A DNA stretch of 45,483 bases from a bacterium. GTDB taxonomy: Bacteria > Pseudomonadota > Alphaproteobacteria > Rhodobacterales > Rhodobacteraceae. The notes under the pieces are model-generated. The model was not told where the DNA came from. It saw only the letters and a program-made list of their open reading frames with translations, and searched no databases. A program made the position numbers and the translations under genes. The first letter of the stretch is position 1. The number at the start of each line of letters is the position of its first letter. Location of the stretch: assembly GCA_043746955.1 (NCBI GenBank), contig JAYTQA010000313.1, positions 1-45,483 of the forward strand, read 5' to 3'. Positions 7,854 through 17,001 of the stretch are shown here, in pieces.

Positions 7854-9058
7854 ATGTCGTCGATTCTGACCAACAACAGTGCGATGGTAGCGCTTCAGAC
7901 CATGAAGCAGATCAGCGCGAACCTCGCCTCCACCACCGCGCTGATTTCCACCGGCAAAAAAGTTGCGACTGCGAAGGACAATGCTGCCGTCTGGGCGATT
8001 TCCAAGGTGATGGAGGCCGATGTTGCGGGCTTCACCGGGATTTCGGACAGCCTCGCCCTTGGATCATCGACCGTAGCGGTGGCACGGCAGGCCTCTGAAG
8101 CGGTGACCGCCGCGCTGACCACGATGAAAGGCAAGATCGTCGCGGCCCAGCAGGACAACATCGACCGCACCAAGCTGCAGACCGATATCGTGGCGCTGCG
8201 TGACACGATCAGCACCTACGTTGGGGCAGCCCAATTCAACGGGCTGAACCTGTTGAACGGGTCACAGACCACCGTGAACATCCTGTCGTCGCTGGACCGC
8301 AGCGGAACCACGGTGACCGCCTCGTCGATCGCGGTGACGGCCCAGGATCTGTCGATTGGCGCCTATGCGGCCAAGTCGGTTCTGACCGGGTCAAGCGGGG
8401 TATCCGCCGCTGGCGATACCGCAGGCTTTTCGATTAATGCCGGCACCGGCACCGGCGCGATCGTGATCAATGACAGTGCTGCGCCCTTTGCTGCGGGCGA
8501 CAGCGTTTCGCTCGCGATCAGCGGCAGGACCGCGACCTATACGTTGACGGCAAATGACGTGGCATCCACCGCCCCGTCGGACCTTGTGGCGGTGGGTCTG
8601 AAGAAAGCCATCGAATCACTGGGGATTTCGGGGCTTGCGGTCAACTACGACTCCGCAACGCCGGGCACGCTCTCCTTCACCAACTCGGGGACGGCCGACC
8701 TTACGGTCGCCGCACAGTTCAAGAACGCGGGCTCGGGTGGCTTGGGCGCGCTGTCGACAATTGACGTTTCAACCGCTGCAGGGGCTACCGCAGCTTTGTC
8801 AAGCATTGAGACAATGATGCAAACCGCGATCACAGCTTCTGCCGCGTTTGGTTCGGCGCAAACCCGGGTCGACACCCAGAAAGTCTTTGTCAGCCAGCTG
8901 ACCGATTCGATGAAGTCGGGCATCGGCTCGCTGGTGGATGCCGATATGGAAGAGGCGTCGGCCCGGTTGCAGGCGTTGCAGGTGCAGCAGCAACTGTCCA
9001 CCCAGGCTTTGTCGATCGCCAACAGCAGCCGCAATCGCTGCTGGCTCTGTTCCGGTAA
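7854..9058 (+). CDS. fliC: Flagellin (~401 aa if repaired); 1-nt deletion near 9021-9030 frameshifts the last ~9 codons
   Basis: MSSILTNNSAMVALQT N-terminus and LVDADMEEASARLQALQVQQQL..QALSIAN C-terminus. The canonical PQSLLALFR* (TAA 9056-9058) is in another frame; as written the ORF runs on to 9398. Confidence 0.93.
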
Positions 9059-9067
9059 TCGCCGGAT

Positions 9068-9089
9068 CCGGGGGGTGAAAGCCCCCCGG
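9068..9089 (+). terminator. GC hairpin after flagellin (CCGGGGGG-TGAAAG-CCCCCCGG), no U-tract; attenuator or mRNA stabiliser
   Basis: Perfect 8-bp stem starting 10 nt after TAA 9058. Confidence 0.6.
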
Positions 9090-9132
9090 CCCAGTCCGTG
9101 CCACCCCAGCCAAATTCCCGGAAGGACATATT

Positions 9133-9513
9133 TTGACCGTTGCTACCAGCACTGCCCGCGCAGCCTATGGCCAGCGCGCGGCCCCGGTTCGCACGCCGCG
9201 GGCCCACGAATACGATCTGCTCGCCCGCTGCACCCAAAAACTCGCCATGGCCTGGACCCGCCGGAAAGAGGACTTTCCGCAGCTTGCCACCGCCCTGACC
9301 GAAAACCTGCAACTGTGGTCGGCGCTGGCCGCCGATGTGGCCGAACAGGGCAATGGCCTGCCGGCCCCACTGCGCGCCCAGTTGTTTTACCTGTATGAAT
9401 TCACCGCAGGCCACACCCGCGCCGTGCTCGACAACCGGGGCAGCGTTGAGGTTCTGGTCGACATCAACACCGCCGTGATGCGCGGCCTGCGCGGTGACGG
9501 AGGTGGCACATGA
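9133..9513 (+). CDS. flaF: Flagellar biosynthesis regulator/flagellin chaperone FlaF
   Basis: N..LWS.LAADVA...N.LP..LRAQLFYLYEF...LVDINTAVMRGL motif; GAAGGA RBS, TTG start. Confidence 0.93.
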   Translation: MTVATSTARAAYGQRAAPVRTPRAHEYDLLARCTQKLAMAWTRRKEDFPQLATALTENLQLWSALAADVAEQGNGLPAPLRAQLFYLYEFTAGHTRAVLDNRGSVEVLVDINTAVMRGLRGDGGGT

Positions 9514-9914
9514 GCGGGCTCGTCCTGAAACTGGGGCCGCATGAGCGGGTATTGATCAACGGGGCGGTGGTGGAAAATGGCGACAAAAGGTCGCGGCTGG
9601 CCATCATGACGCCTAATGCCAATATCCTGCGCCTGCGCGACGCCATTCATCCGCAAGAGGCCAATACGCCGGTCAAACGGGTCTGCTATGTGGCACAATT
9701 GGTGCTGACCGGCGATGCCACGGCGGGCGACACGCGTCAGCAGTTGTTGCGCGGCATCGAACAGTTGAGCCAGGTTCTGACCGATCATGACAGCCGGACC
9801 CAGCTGAACATCGCCACCAAAGCCGTGCTGGAAGATCAGCATTATCAGGCCCTCAAGGCCCTGCGCACGCTTTTGCCCCGCGAAGAGCGGCTGTTCGCCG
9901 CAGCCCCGCGATGA
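9510..9914 (+). CDS. flbT: Flagellin post-transcriptional regulator FlbT
   Basis: LVLKLGPHERVLINGAVVENGD...A.TP motif; ATGA overlap with flaF. Confidence 0.95.
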   Translation: MSGLVLKLGPHERVLINGAVVENGDKRSRLAIMTPNANILRLRDAIHPQEANTPVKRVCYVAQLVLTGDATAGDTRQQLLRGIEQLSQVLTDHDSRTQLNIATKAVLEDQHYQALKALRTLLPREERLFAAAPR

Positions 9915-10723
9915 CCTACACGCCGGTCCTGCCCTTATCTGGCTATCCGGGCTGGACCTTGCTGAAACGGACCATGCCGGCCCAAACGGCAGCCTTCAAC
10001 AAATCACCCGAGATTGTGCGCGACACCGACTATTTTCGCGCCACAATTGGCACGGTGAAGACCGCCGACCAGCTGGTGAACAACCGCAGGCTCCTGAGCG
10101 TTGCCTTGGGGGCCTTTGGGCTGGATTCCGATATCGACAACAAGGCCTTCCTCCAGAAGATTCTGACCGACGGGACGCAAAACCCTACCGCACTCGCCAA
10201 CCGGCTGACCGACAAACGCTATGCGCAATTTGCGGCGGCGTTCGGGTTCGACACGACGACGCCTGCAACCCAGACCACCGGTTTTGCCGACACAATCGTG
10301 ACCGCCTACAAAAACCGAGAGTTTGAAAGTGCGGTCGGCACTCAAGATGAAGACCTGCGGCTGGCGCTGAACGCGCAACGCGAGCTTACCGACCTCGCCG
10401 GAAAACCCAGCAGCGAGACGGTGAAATGGTTGAACATTATCAGCAGCGCGCCGCTGCGCACGGTCCTGCAAAAGGCGCTCGGGCTGCCCGCCAGCATTGG
10501 GGCTTTGGATCTGGACCAGCAGTTGGGCATCTACCAGACCAAGGCTCAGGCGGTTTTCGGCAACAGCAGTGTCAGCCAGTTCGCCGACAGCACCAAGATG
10601 GACAGTCTGGTCAAACGGTTTCTGATCCGCAGTCAGGCTGACCAGTTGATTAGCCAGAACAGCAGCGGGTCGATTGCGCTGACCTTGATGCAGCAGACCC
10701 GCGCCAATATGTCCTCAAGCTGA
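9911..10723 (+). CDS. DUF1217 family flagellar-cluster protein
   Basis: DTDYFRATIG.V.TADQLV.N.RLL.VAL.AFGL...ANRL.D.RY motif; follows flbT. Confidence 0.85.
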   Translation: MTYTPVLPLSGYPGWTLLKRTMPAQTAAFNKSPEIVRDTDYFRATIGTVKTADQLVNNRRLLSVALGAFGLDSDIDNKAFLQKILTDGTQNPTALANRLTDKRYAQFAAAFGFDTTTPATQTTGFADTIVTAYKNREFESAVGTQDEDLRLALNAQRELTDLAGKPSSETVKWLNIISSAPLRTVLQKALGLPASIGALDLDQQLGIYQTKAQAVFGNSSVSQFADSTKMDSLVKRFLIRSQADQLISQNSSGSIALTLMQQTRANMSSS

Positions 10724-12028
10724 ACGCCGGGCCAAGGCAGCGGCCAGTCGGCGAAAGCTGCCGGCTATGCCATCTTCCGGCGCGTCCTCGCCCAGAAACC
10801 CATCCAGCGCGGGCCAGACCCGGATGGCATTGTCGATCAAGGGATCCGAGCCTTTGGTGTAAAGCCCCGCCTGAATCATCAGTTCAGCCCGGTCATAGGC
10901 GCCCAGCAGGCGGCGGGCATGTGCTATATCGGCATTCTCATCGGCAGTCGCAGCCTCAGGCAGGCTGCGCGAAACGGATCGCAACAGGTCAATCGCCGGA
11001 TAGCGGCCGCGTTCGGCGATTTTACGGTCCATCACGACATGGCCGTCCAGAACCCCGCGCAGGATATCGGCAATCGTCTCCTCCATATCCGAACCGGCCA
11101 CCAGCACGGTAAAGACCGCCGTAATGTCACCGGAGTTTTCCGGCCCCGGCCCGGCACGTTCGGCCCAGGCCATGATCGCGGGCGCCACCGAGGCGGGATA
11201 GCCGCGTAAGGAGGCCTCCTCCCCGCCGGCAAGGGCAACTTCGCGGTGTGCTTCGGCAAAACGGGTGACCGAATCAGCCAGCAGCAGCACGTGCAGGCCC
11301 TGATCGCGGAAATGTTCGGCCACCGCCATCGCAGCCCAGGCACAGCGGCGCCGGACCAGGGCGGATTGGTCCGAGGTCGCGGTGACGACGACGGCGCGCC
11401 GCATCCCTTCGGGCCCCAAGACCCGCTCGATAAATTCGCGCAGTTCGCGGCCGCGTTCGCCGATCAGCGCGACGACGACGACATCGGCGGTAACCCCGCG
11501 CGCGAACTTGCCAAGAAGGGTGGATTTTCCGACCCCGGAGCCGGCAAAAAGCCCGATCCGCTGACCGCGCACCACGGGCAAAAGCGTGTCAAAGACCGCA
11601 ACGCCGGTCTGCAGGCGTTCGCCCAAACGACGGCGCGTGGCCGCAGCCGGAGCCGCAGCCAGCAAGGACCGCATCCGTGGCCCCTTGAAAATAACCCGCC
11701 CGTCCAAGGGGTTACCAAAGGGATCTATCACCCGGCCGATCCAGCTGTTGTCCGGCGAGATCCCGGCCTGGCCGATCAGCCGGACCAGCGCACCCATCGC
11801 CAGACCCTCGGCCATCTGATCGGTCAGCACGGTGATGGCATCGGAACGCAAGGCCACCACCTCGCCGCCCAGTTTGGCACCGATCACAACCCGGTCGCCG
11901 AGACAGGCCACATCCTGCAGCCCGCGCACAATCACCGTGCCGCGCCCGATCTCGGTCACCCGGCCCATCCGGACTTTCTGTGCGACCGTCGCGATTTCAG
12001 ACAGCAATGCATCAAAAACACCAGACAT
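10715..12028 (-). CDS. fliI: Flagellar export ATPase FliI
   Basis: GQRIGLFAGSGVGKST, ALIGERGRE, DSVTRFA, LDGHVVM, YPAID; AGGGAG RBS before ATG 12028. Confidence 0.96.
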   Translation of the reverse strand: MSGVFDALLSEIATVAQKVRMGRVTEIGRGTVIVRGLQDVACLGDRVVIGAKLGGEVVALRSDAITVLTDQMAEGLAMGALVRLIGQAGISPDNSWIGRVIDPFGNPLDGRVIFKGPRMRSLLAAAPAAATRRRLGERLQTGVAVFDTLLPVVRGQRIGLFAGSGVGKSTLLGKFARGVTADVVVVALIGERGRELREFIERVLGPEGMRRAVVVTATSDQSALVRRRCAWAAMAVAEHFRDQGLHVLLLADSVTRFAEAHREVALAGGEEASLRGYPASVAPAIMAWAERAGPGPENSGDITAVFTVLVAGSDMEETIADILRGVLDGHVVMDRKIAERGRYPAIDLLRSVSRSLPEAATADENADIAHARRLLGAYDRAELMIQAGLYTKGSDPLIDNAIRVWPALDGFLGEDAPEDGIAGSFRRLAAALARRSA

Positions 12029-12075
12029 GGAATTCTCCCTTCGTTCTCTCGAAACCCTTTCTAAAGGAATCAGTC

Positions 12076-12090
12076 TTAAGCCTTGGTGAA
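12076..12090. promoter_or_regulatory. CtrA-like box in divergent fliI/flgB promoter (TTAA-N7-TGAA)
   Basis: TTAA GCCTTGG TGAA; GANTC at 12067-12071. Confidence 0.65.
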
Positions 12091-12113
12091 GTAGGTCGAG
12101 GGAGAAGCCCGAG

Positions 12114-12494
12114 ATGTTGGAAAGTCTAAGCATCACACGGATGGCGGAAGCGCTGGCAGATCACGCAGCGTCGCGGCTGGATCTGATCGCCCGCAATGTC
12201 GCCCAGGCCGATACGCCGGGCTACAAGGCGATGGACTTGGCCGATTTCTCCCAAGTGTACCGGGATGCGGACGGCGGGATGCGGGCCACGCGGCCTGGCC
12301 ATTTCACCGCTGCCATGACGGCCCTGCAGCCGGTAGCGCAGCCCTCGCACGGCGAGGCGTCGCCCGATGGCAATACGGTGTCGATCGAAAAGGAAATGGT
12401 GAAATCGGCAGAGGTTCGGCAGGACCATGACATGGCGTTGTCGGTCTATCGCAGCACGCGCGACATTTTGCGCGCCAGTCTTGGCCTCCGGTAA
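12114..12494 (+). CDS. flgB: Basal body rod protein FlgB
   Basis: IARNVAQADTPGYKAMD; PDGNTVSIEKEM. Confidence 0.95.
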   Translation: MLESLSITRMAEALADHAASRLDLIARNVAQADTPGYKAMDLADFSQVYRDADGGMRATRPGHFTAAMTALQPVAQPSHGEASPDGNTVSIEKEMVKSAEVRQDHDMALSVYRSTRDILRASLGLR

Positions 12495-12497
12495 GCC

Positions 12498-12878
12498 ATG
12501 GCAGATCTGATCACATCGCTGTCCTATTCAGCGTCCGGGATGGAGGCGCAGGCCGCCCGGCTGCGCCATGTCGCAGAGAATATCTCAAACGTGGACACGC
12601 CCGGTTATCACCGCAAGCTGGTGTCCTTTCACGAAAACATCGACAGCGGCACCGTGGAAACCGGCCCGGTCAGGTTGGACAGAAGTCCGCTTGACCAGGT
12701 CTATGACCCCGGCAATCCGCTGGCCGATGCGAGCGGCCATTATGACGGTTCAAACGTCGATCTGGTGGTCGAAGTGGCTGACGCACGCGAAGCGCAGCGC
12801 AGTTATGAGGCGAACCTCAAAATCTTTGACCAGGCCCGGTCGATGACCCAGGGCCTGTTCGACCTGTTGCGAAGGTAA
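12498..12878 (+). CDS. flgC: Basal body rod protein FlgC
   Basis: SASGMEAQAARLRHVAENISN; YDPGNPLAD; QRSYEANL. Confidence 0.96.
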   Translation: MADLITSLSYSASGMEAQAARLRHVAENISNVDTPGYHRKLVSFHENIDSGTVETGPVRLDRSPLDQVYDPGNPLADASGHYDGSNVDLVVEVADAREAQRSYEANLKIFDQARSMTQGLFDLLRR

Positions 12879-12884
12879 TCCAGA

Positions 12885-13175
12885 ATGGACGTCAGAACTT
12901 CCTACGCAGCGCAAATCTATGCAAAAGCGCGCTCGGCTGCGGCCCCCACGCCGCAGTCGGGCGGTGCCGAAAGCAGTTTGGGCCAATTTGCCCAAAGTTT
13001 TGCGGATACGCTGGCAAAAGGCGAGCAAACCGCGAAATCGGCGATGACCGGTGGCGCCGATCCGCATGCTTTGGTCGAGGCTTTGGCCAATTCTCAACTG
13101 GCGGTCGAAACCGTGACGACCGTGCGTGACAAGGTGGTCGAGGCCTATCAGGAAATCCTGAGGATGCCGATATGA
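12885..13175 (+). CDS. fliE: Hook-basal body protein FliE
   Basis: VRDKVVEAYQEILRMPI C-terminus. Confidence 0.96.
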   Translation: MDVRTSYAAQIYAKARSAAAPTPQSGGAESSLGQFAQSFADTLAKGEQTAKSAMTGGADPHALVEALANSQLAVETVTTVRDKVVEAYQEILRMPI

Positions 13176-13438
13176 GTGATACAGTTCTGTTTGACACGCT
13201 GCGGCAGGCATTGTGGATCGCGGTGGAAATGTCGATGCCCTTGCTGACCGTCGGCCTGGTCGTGGGCCTCGCGGTCGGGTTGTTTCAGGCCCTGACTTCG
13301 GTTCAGGAAAACACCCTGACGTTCGTGCCGAAAGTCGCCGCGATGATGGTGGTGTTCTGGGTCTCGATGAGCTTTATGACCTCCACCCTCCTGGCGTTTT
13401 TCACGACCACCATCGTGCCGATGATCGCGGGGAGTTAA
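13172..13438 (+). CDS. fliQ: Export apparatus protein FliQ
   Basis: GLFQALTSVQENTLTFVPK. Confidence 0.96.
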   Translation: MSDTVLFDTLRQALWIAVEMSMPLLTVGLVVGLAVGLFQALTSVQENTLTFVPKVAAMMVVFWVSMSFMTSTLLAFFTTTIVPMIAGS

Positions 13439-13441
13439 GCG

Positions 13442-14152
13442 ATGGATGCCTCTGGCTACGTCACGCTCAGCCGGCAATCCGGCCTTCTGCATCAGATGGC
13501 GTCGATCGCGAACAACATCGCCAACGCTTCCACCACCGGGTTCAAGCGTGAGGGGACGATTTTCTCCGAATACATCGCGCGGACCGGCGACGGGCCGTCG
13601 TTGTCGATGGGTTTTGGCAACACCCGTGTGGTGGATGTGCAACAAGCCGGCGTCAGTGCCACCGGGGGCAACCTCGATTTCGCCGTCGAGGGCAGCGGGT
13701 TTTTTCTGATCGACACGCCACAGGGCCAGATGCTGACCCGGGCCGGCAGCTTTACCCCCGGGCCGGACGGCACGCTCCAAACTGCCGATGGTTTTGCCGT
13801 GCTGGACGGTTCAGGCTCCTCGATTTTCATACCGCCCGACGCCAAGAACATCGGGCTGGCGCAAGACGGCACCTTGTCCGCCGATGGGGTTCCGCTGACC
13901 AAACTTGGCCTGTGGCAGCCGTCTGACCCGCTCACCCTGACCCACCAGCAGGGCACTTTGTTTTCGGCCAGTGGCTATCAGCCTGCGCAGGGTGCCAAGC
14001 TTATGCAGGGGTATCTTGAGGAAAGCAACGTCGACCCGATCAGCGAAGTGGCCAAGATGATCAGCGTCCAGCGCGCCTATGAACTGGGCCAAAGTTTCAT
14101 GGACCGCGAGGATGACCGCAGCCGCACCGTCATCCAGACGCTTGGCCGATAG
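13442..14152 (+). CDS. flgF: Basal body rod protein FlgF
   Basis: IANNIANASTTGFK; TRAGSF; QGYLEESNV; upstream of flgG. Confidence 0.92.
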   Translation: MDASGYVTLSRQSGLLHQMASIANNIANASTTGFKREGTIFSEYIARTGDGPSLSMGFGNTRVVDVQQAGVSATGGNLDFAVEGSGFFLIDTPQGQMLTRAGSFTPGPDGTLQTADGFAVLDGSGSSIFIPPDAKNIGLAQDGTLSADGVPLTKLGLWQPSDPLTLTHQQGTLFSASGYQPAQGAKLMQGYLEESNVDPISEVAKMISVQRAYELGQSFMDREDDRSRTVIQTLGR

Positions 14153-14161
14153 GAGGATAGG

Positions 14162-14947
14162 ATGAACGCCCTGCAGATTGCAGCCTCGGGGATGGCAGCA
14201 CAGCAAATGAAGGTGGAGGTCGTGTCCAACAACCTCGCCAACATGTCGACCACCGGCTACAACGCCCGCCGCGCCGATTTCGCCGACCTGATGTATCAGC
14301 AGGTCCAAAAGCCGGGCACCATCTCGTCGGAAAGCGGGACGATGCTGCCGACCGGCGTGCAATTGGGCATGGGGGTGCGGCCGTCCTCGGTTTCGGTGGT
14401 GCTCAAACAAGGGACGCCGATCCAGACCAGTGGCGATCTTGATCTTGCGGTGGATGGCAAAGGCTATCTGCAGGTGACGCTGCCGTCGGGCGCGGTTGCC
14501 TATACCCGTGATGGCGGGCTGAAACGCTCCGCCGACGGGCTGATTGTCACTTCGGACGGCTACCAGGTTAATCCCGGCATCACGATCCCGGCGGATGCCA
14601 AAAGCATCTCGATCAACCCGAACGGCGAGGTTTACGCCTATTTCGAGAATCAGGTGGCCCCGACCTTGTTGGGCCAGTTCACTTTGGCGACCTTTACCAA
14701 TGAAAAGGGGCTGGAGGCGACCGGGTCGAACCTGTTTCTGGAAAGCCCCGCGTCTGGCCCGGCGATTGAAGGCACGCCGGGCACCAACGGTTTTGGACTG
14801 GTGCGGCAAGGCTATCTGGAGGAAAGCTCGGTCGATTCAGTGTACGAGATCACCGAATTGATCAAAGCCCAGCGCGGCTACGAACTGAACGCCAAGGTTA
14901 TCACCGCGGTGGACGAGATGATGTCCACGACCACGCAGGTGAAGTGA
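14162..14947 (+). CDS. flgG: Distal rod protein FlgG
   Basis: SNNLANMSTTGY..RRADFADLMYQ; PTGVQLGMGV; AQRGYELNAK. Confidence 0.97.
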   Translation: MNALQIAASGMAAQQMKVEVVSNNLANMSTTGYNARRADFADLMYQQVQKPGTISSESGTMLPTGVQLGMGVRPSSVSVVLKQGTPIQTSGDLDLAVDGKGYLQVTLPSGAVAYTRDGGLKRSADGLIVTSDGYQVNPGITIPADAKSISINPNGEVYAYFENQVAPTLLGQFTLATFTNEKGLEATGSNLFLESPASGPAIEGTPGTNGFGLVRQGYLEESSVDSVYEITELIKAQRGYELNAKVITAVDEMMSTTTQVK

Positions 14948-15375
14948 TGCGACTGGCGCCGTTCCTGATGCTGTTGGCCAGTCCCGCCTGGGGCGACAGC
15001 ATGGTGGCCGCCCGCACCATCCGCGCGCTTTCGGTGATTGGCCCCGAGGACATCGCCATGGTCGCCGCCGAAATTCCCGGCGCATTGACCACGCCCGACG
15101 ATGCCGTGGGGCAGGAGGCAAGGGTCACGCTATACGCAGGTCGTCCGGTCCATGAAGGCGATCTTGGTGCGCCCGCCGTGGTCAAACGCAATCAGATGGT
15201 GCGGCTGGTGTTTCAGACCGGCGGTATCACGATTCACACCGATGGCCGCGCACTTGAACGCGGTGCTGCGGGCGATGTGATCCACGTCATGAACATGGCC
15301 TCGCACACGACGGTCCTGGGCTCGGTCGGCCCGGACGGCAGCGTGAGCGTCGGACCGAACAGCAAGGGAGGCTGA
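14947..15375 (+). CDS. flgA: P-ring assembly chaperone FlgA
   Basis: Signal peptide, SAF-like region, GRALERGAAGDVIHVMNMAS. Confidence 0.92.
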   Translation: MRLAPFLMLLASPAWGDSMVAARTIRALSVIGPEDIAMVAAEIPGALTTPDDAVGQEARVTLYAGRPVHEGDLGAPAVVKRNQMVRLVFQTGGITIHTDGRALERGAAGDVIHVMNMASHTTVLGSVGPDGSVSVGPNSKGG

Positions 15376-16094
15376 TGATGCGCAAAATTTGGGTTGGACT
15401 TGTTGTTCTGGCCGGATGCGGCAGCCTCAATAAGGTCGGGCGCGCGCCGGAATTCTCGCCATTGGCGGGCAACAGCGAGCATAGTGCGATGTATTCCGCG
15501 TTGCCGCAAACCGCCGATAACCGCGGTCCTACCGAGCAATCCTCGCTTTGGACCTCGCAGCGCAGTTCGCTTTTGGGCGACCATCGGGCCAGCAAACGCG
15601 GCGATATCCTGACCGTGGTGGCCCAAATCGACGATCAGGCCACGATCAATGATTCCAGCGGCCGCAGCCGGACCGCCTCGGACAAGGTCGGTGTGCCCTC
15701 GCTGTTTGGCATTCCCCAACGCCTGGATGCGATTTTACCCAATGGTGCCACCTCGGCCAGTCTGGTATCGGCCAATTCTGCCACAACCTTTGCCGGCACC
15801 GGCAATGTGGCGCGCAAGGAAAAGGTGACGCTCCGATTGGCCGCGACCGTGGTGGAGGAACTGCCCAACGGGGTTTTGCGGATCGAAGGCCAGCAACAGG
15901 TGCGGGTCAACAACGAAATGCGCGAGCTGCTGGTGAGCGGCTTTGTGCGGCCCGACGACATCTCGCGCCAGAACGAGATCACCTATGACAAGATCGCCGA
16001 TGCCCAGATTTCCTATGGCGGCCGTGGCCAGATCTCCGATGTCCAGCAGCCCGCCTGGGGCCAGCAGGTCGTCGATCAGATCATGCCGTTCTGA
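15375..16094 (+). CDS. flgH: L-ring lipoprotein FlgH
   Basis: Lipobox LAGC; GDILTV; V.E.LPNG.L.IEG; G.VRP.DI..N; ISYGGRG. Confidence 0.96.
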   Translation: MMRKIWVGLVVLAGCGSLNKVGRAPEFSPLAGNSEHSAMYSALPQTADNRGPTEQSSLWTSQRSSLLGDHRASKRGDILTVVAQIDDQATINDSSGRSRTASDKVGVPSLFGIPQRLDAILPNGATSASLVSANSATTFAGTGNVARKEKVTLRLAATVVEELPNGVLRIEGQQQVRVNNEMRELLVSGFVRPDDISRQNEITYDKIADAQISYGGRGQISDVQQPAWGQQVVDQIMPF

Positions 16095-16096
16095 TC

Positions 16097-16564
16097 ATGA
16101 TGATCCGCAAGATACTTCCCCTTCTGCTTGGCATCATGGGCCTGCTTGGCGGCGCGAGTGCGGGATACTTCCTCCGCCCGGCCGCCGACCCTCTGGCCAG
16201 CGCAAAGGCTGAAAAGGCCGCTCAGCCAGACCCGGCTCTCACGCCGGAATATGCCAAGATTTCCAACCAGTTCATCGTTCCGGTGATGCAAAATGGCAAA
16301 GTTTCCGCCATGGTCATTCTGTCGCTGAGCCTCGCCATGACGACCGGCAATTCGCCCGAGGTCTATAGTGCCGAACCGAAACTGCGCGACGTGTTCTTGC
16401 AGGTCATGTTCGACCACGCAAATGCGGGCGGTTTCAGCGGGTCTTTCACCGATGGGTCAAACCTTGTTTTGCTGCGCACTGCCCTGCTGGAGGCGGCCAA
16501 GTCGGTGCTGGGCGACAAGGTGAGCGACGTTTTGATCACCGACATCGTCCGGCAGGACAGTTAA
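16097..16564 (+). CDS. FliL-family basal body-associated protein (second paralogue)
   Basis: N-terminal TM; QFIVPV; EPKLRD.FL; VSDVLITDIVRQ. Confidence 0.8.
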   Translation: MMIRKILPLLLGIMGLLGGASAGYFLRPAADPLASAKAEKAAQPDPALTPEYAKISNQFIVPVMQNGKVSAMVILSLSLAMTTGNSPEVYSAEPKLRDVFLQVMFDHANAGGFSGSFTDGSNLVLLRTALLEAAKSVLGDKVSDVLITDIVRQDS

Positions 16565-16666
16565 AGCGGATTCCGAAAAGTGTGACGCGGTTTTCGAAAA
16601 AAGATGCGCGGAACACCAAAGACGTAAAGCGGTTGTTGGAGTCTTATCAAACCCAAACCGCTTTAA
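16561..16666. mobile_element. 106-bp palindromic intergenic repeat (CIR/Bru-RS/RIME-like MITE)
   Basis: Terminal inverted repeats TTAAAGCGG...CCGCTTTAA, internal hairpins CGAAAA/TTTTCG and TAAAGCGGTT/AACCGCTTTA, two GANTC sites; overlaps both convergent stop codons. Confidence 0.75.
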
Positions 16667-17001
16667 CGCTTCGGCGTGCGATCAGCCAGCTTCTGAACCA
16701 CCTGGTTTCGACCAAAGGCACCCGCAGCCGCTTGCCGCGCTTCAACCCATTCCACGGTCTGCCGCGCCAGTATCAGGTTGATTTCCGACCGGCGTTGATC
16801 GGCCCAGAGTTCATAGCGCATGGCCACATCTGCGGCCAAAACCAGCGGCAGATCATTGGGTGCGGCCGGACGGTTCAGCTCTGCCATCCGCGCAAGACTG
16901 TGCTGCCGGGCGCGGGCGGCTTTTTCCAATGCCAGCATCTTGGTCTCCAGGATCAGGTTGCTGACCTGCGCCAGTCGCTGCAACTTTTCCTTGTCACTCA
17001 T
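16663..17001 (-). CDS. Conserved coiled-coil protein, probable divergent FliJ
   Basis: 112 aa, two long helices, ends ARQAAAGAFGRNQVVQKL; ATGA-coupled to flhB. Confidence 0.55.
   Translation of the reverse strand: MSDKEKLQRLAQVSNLILETKMLALEKAARARQHSLARMAELNRPAAPNDLPLVLAADVAMRYELWADQRRSEINLILARQTVEWVEARQAAAGAFGRNQVVQKLADRTPKR

Noticed and set aside
7710-9398. 562-aa flagellin as given in the ORF track
   Set aside because: The true start is ATG 7854 (RBS, MSSILTN), and the C-terminal extension is a frameshift product rather than a domain.
10715-10723. 9-bp overlap of the convergent DUF1217 and fliI 3' ends
   Set aside because: Short convergent overlaps are common, and nothing here indicates a regulatory role.
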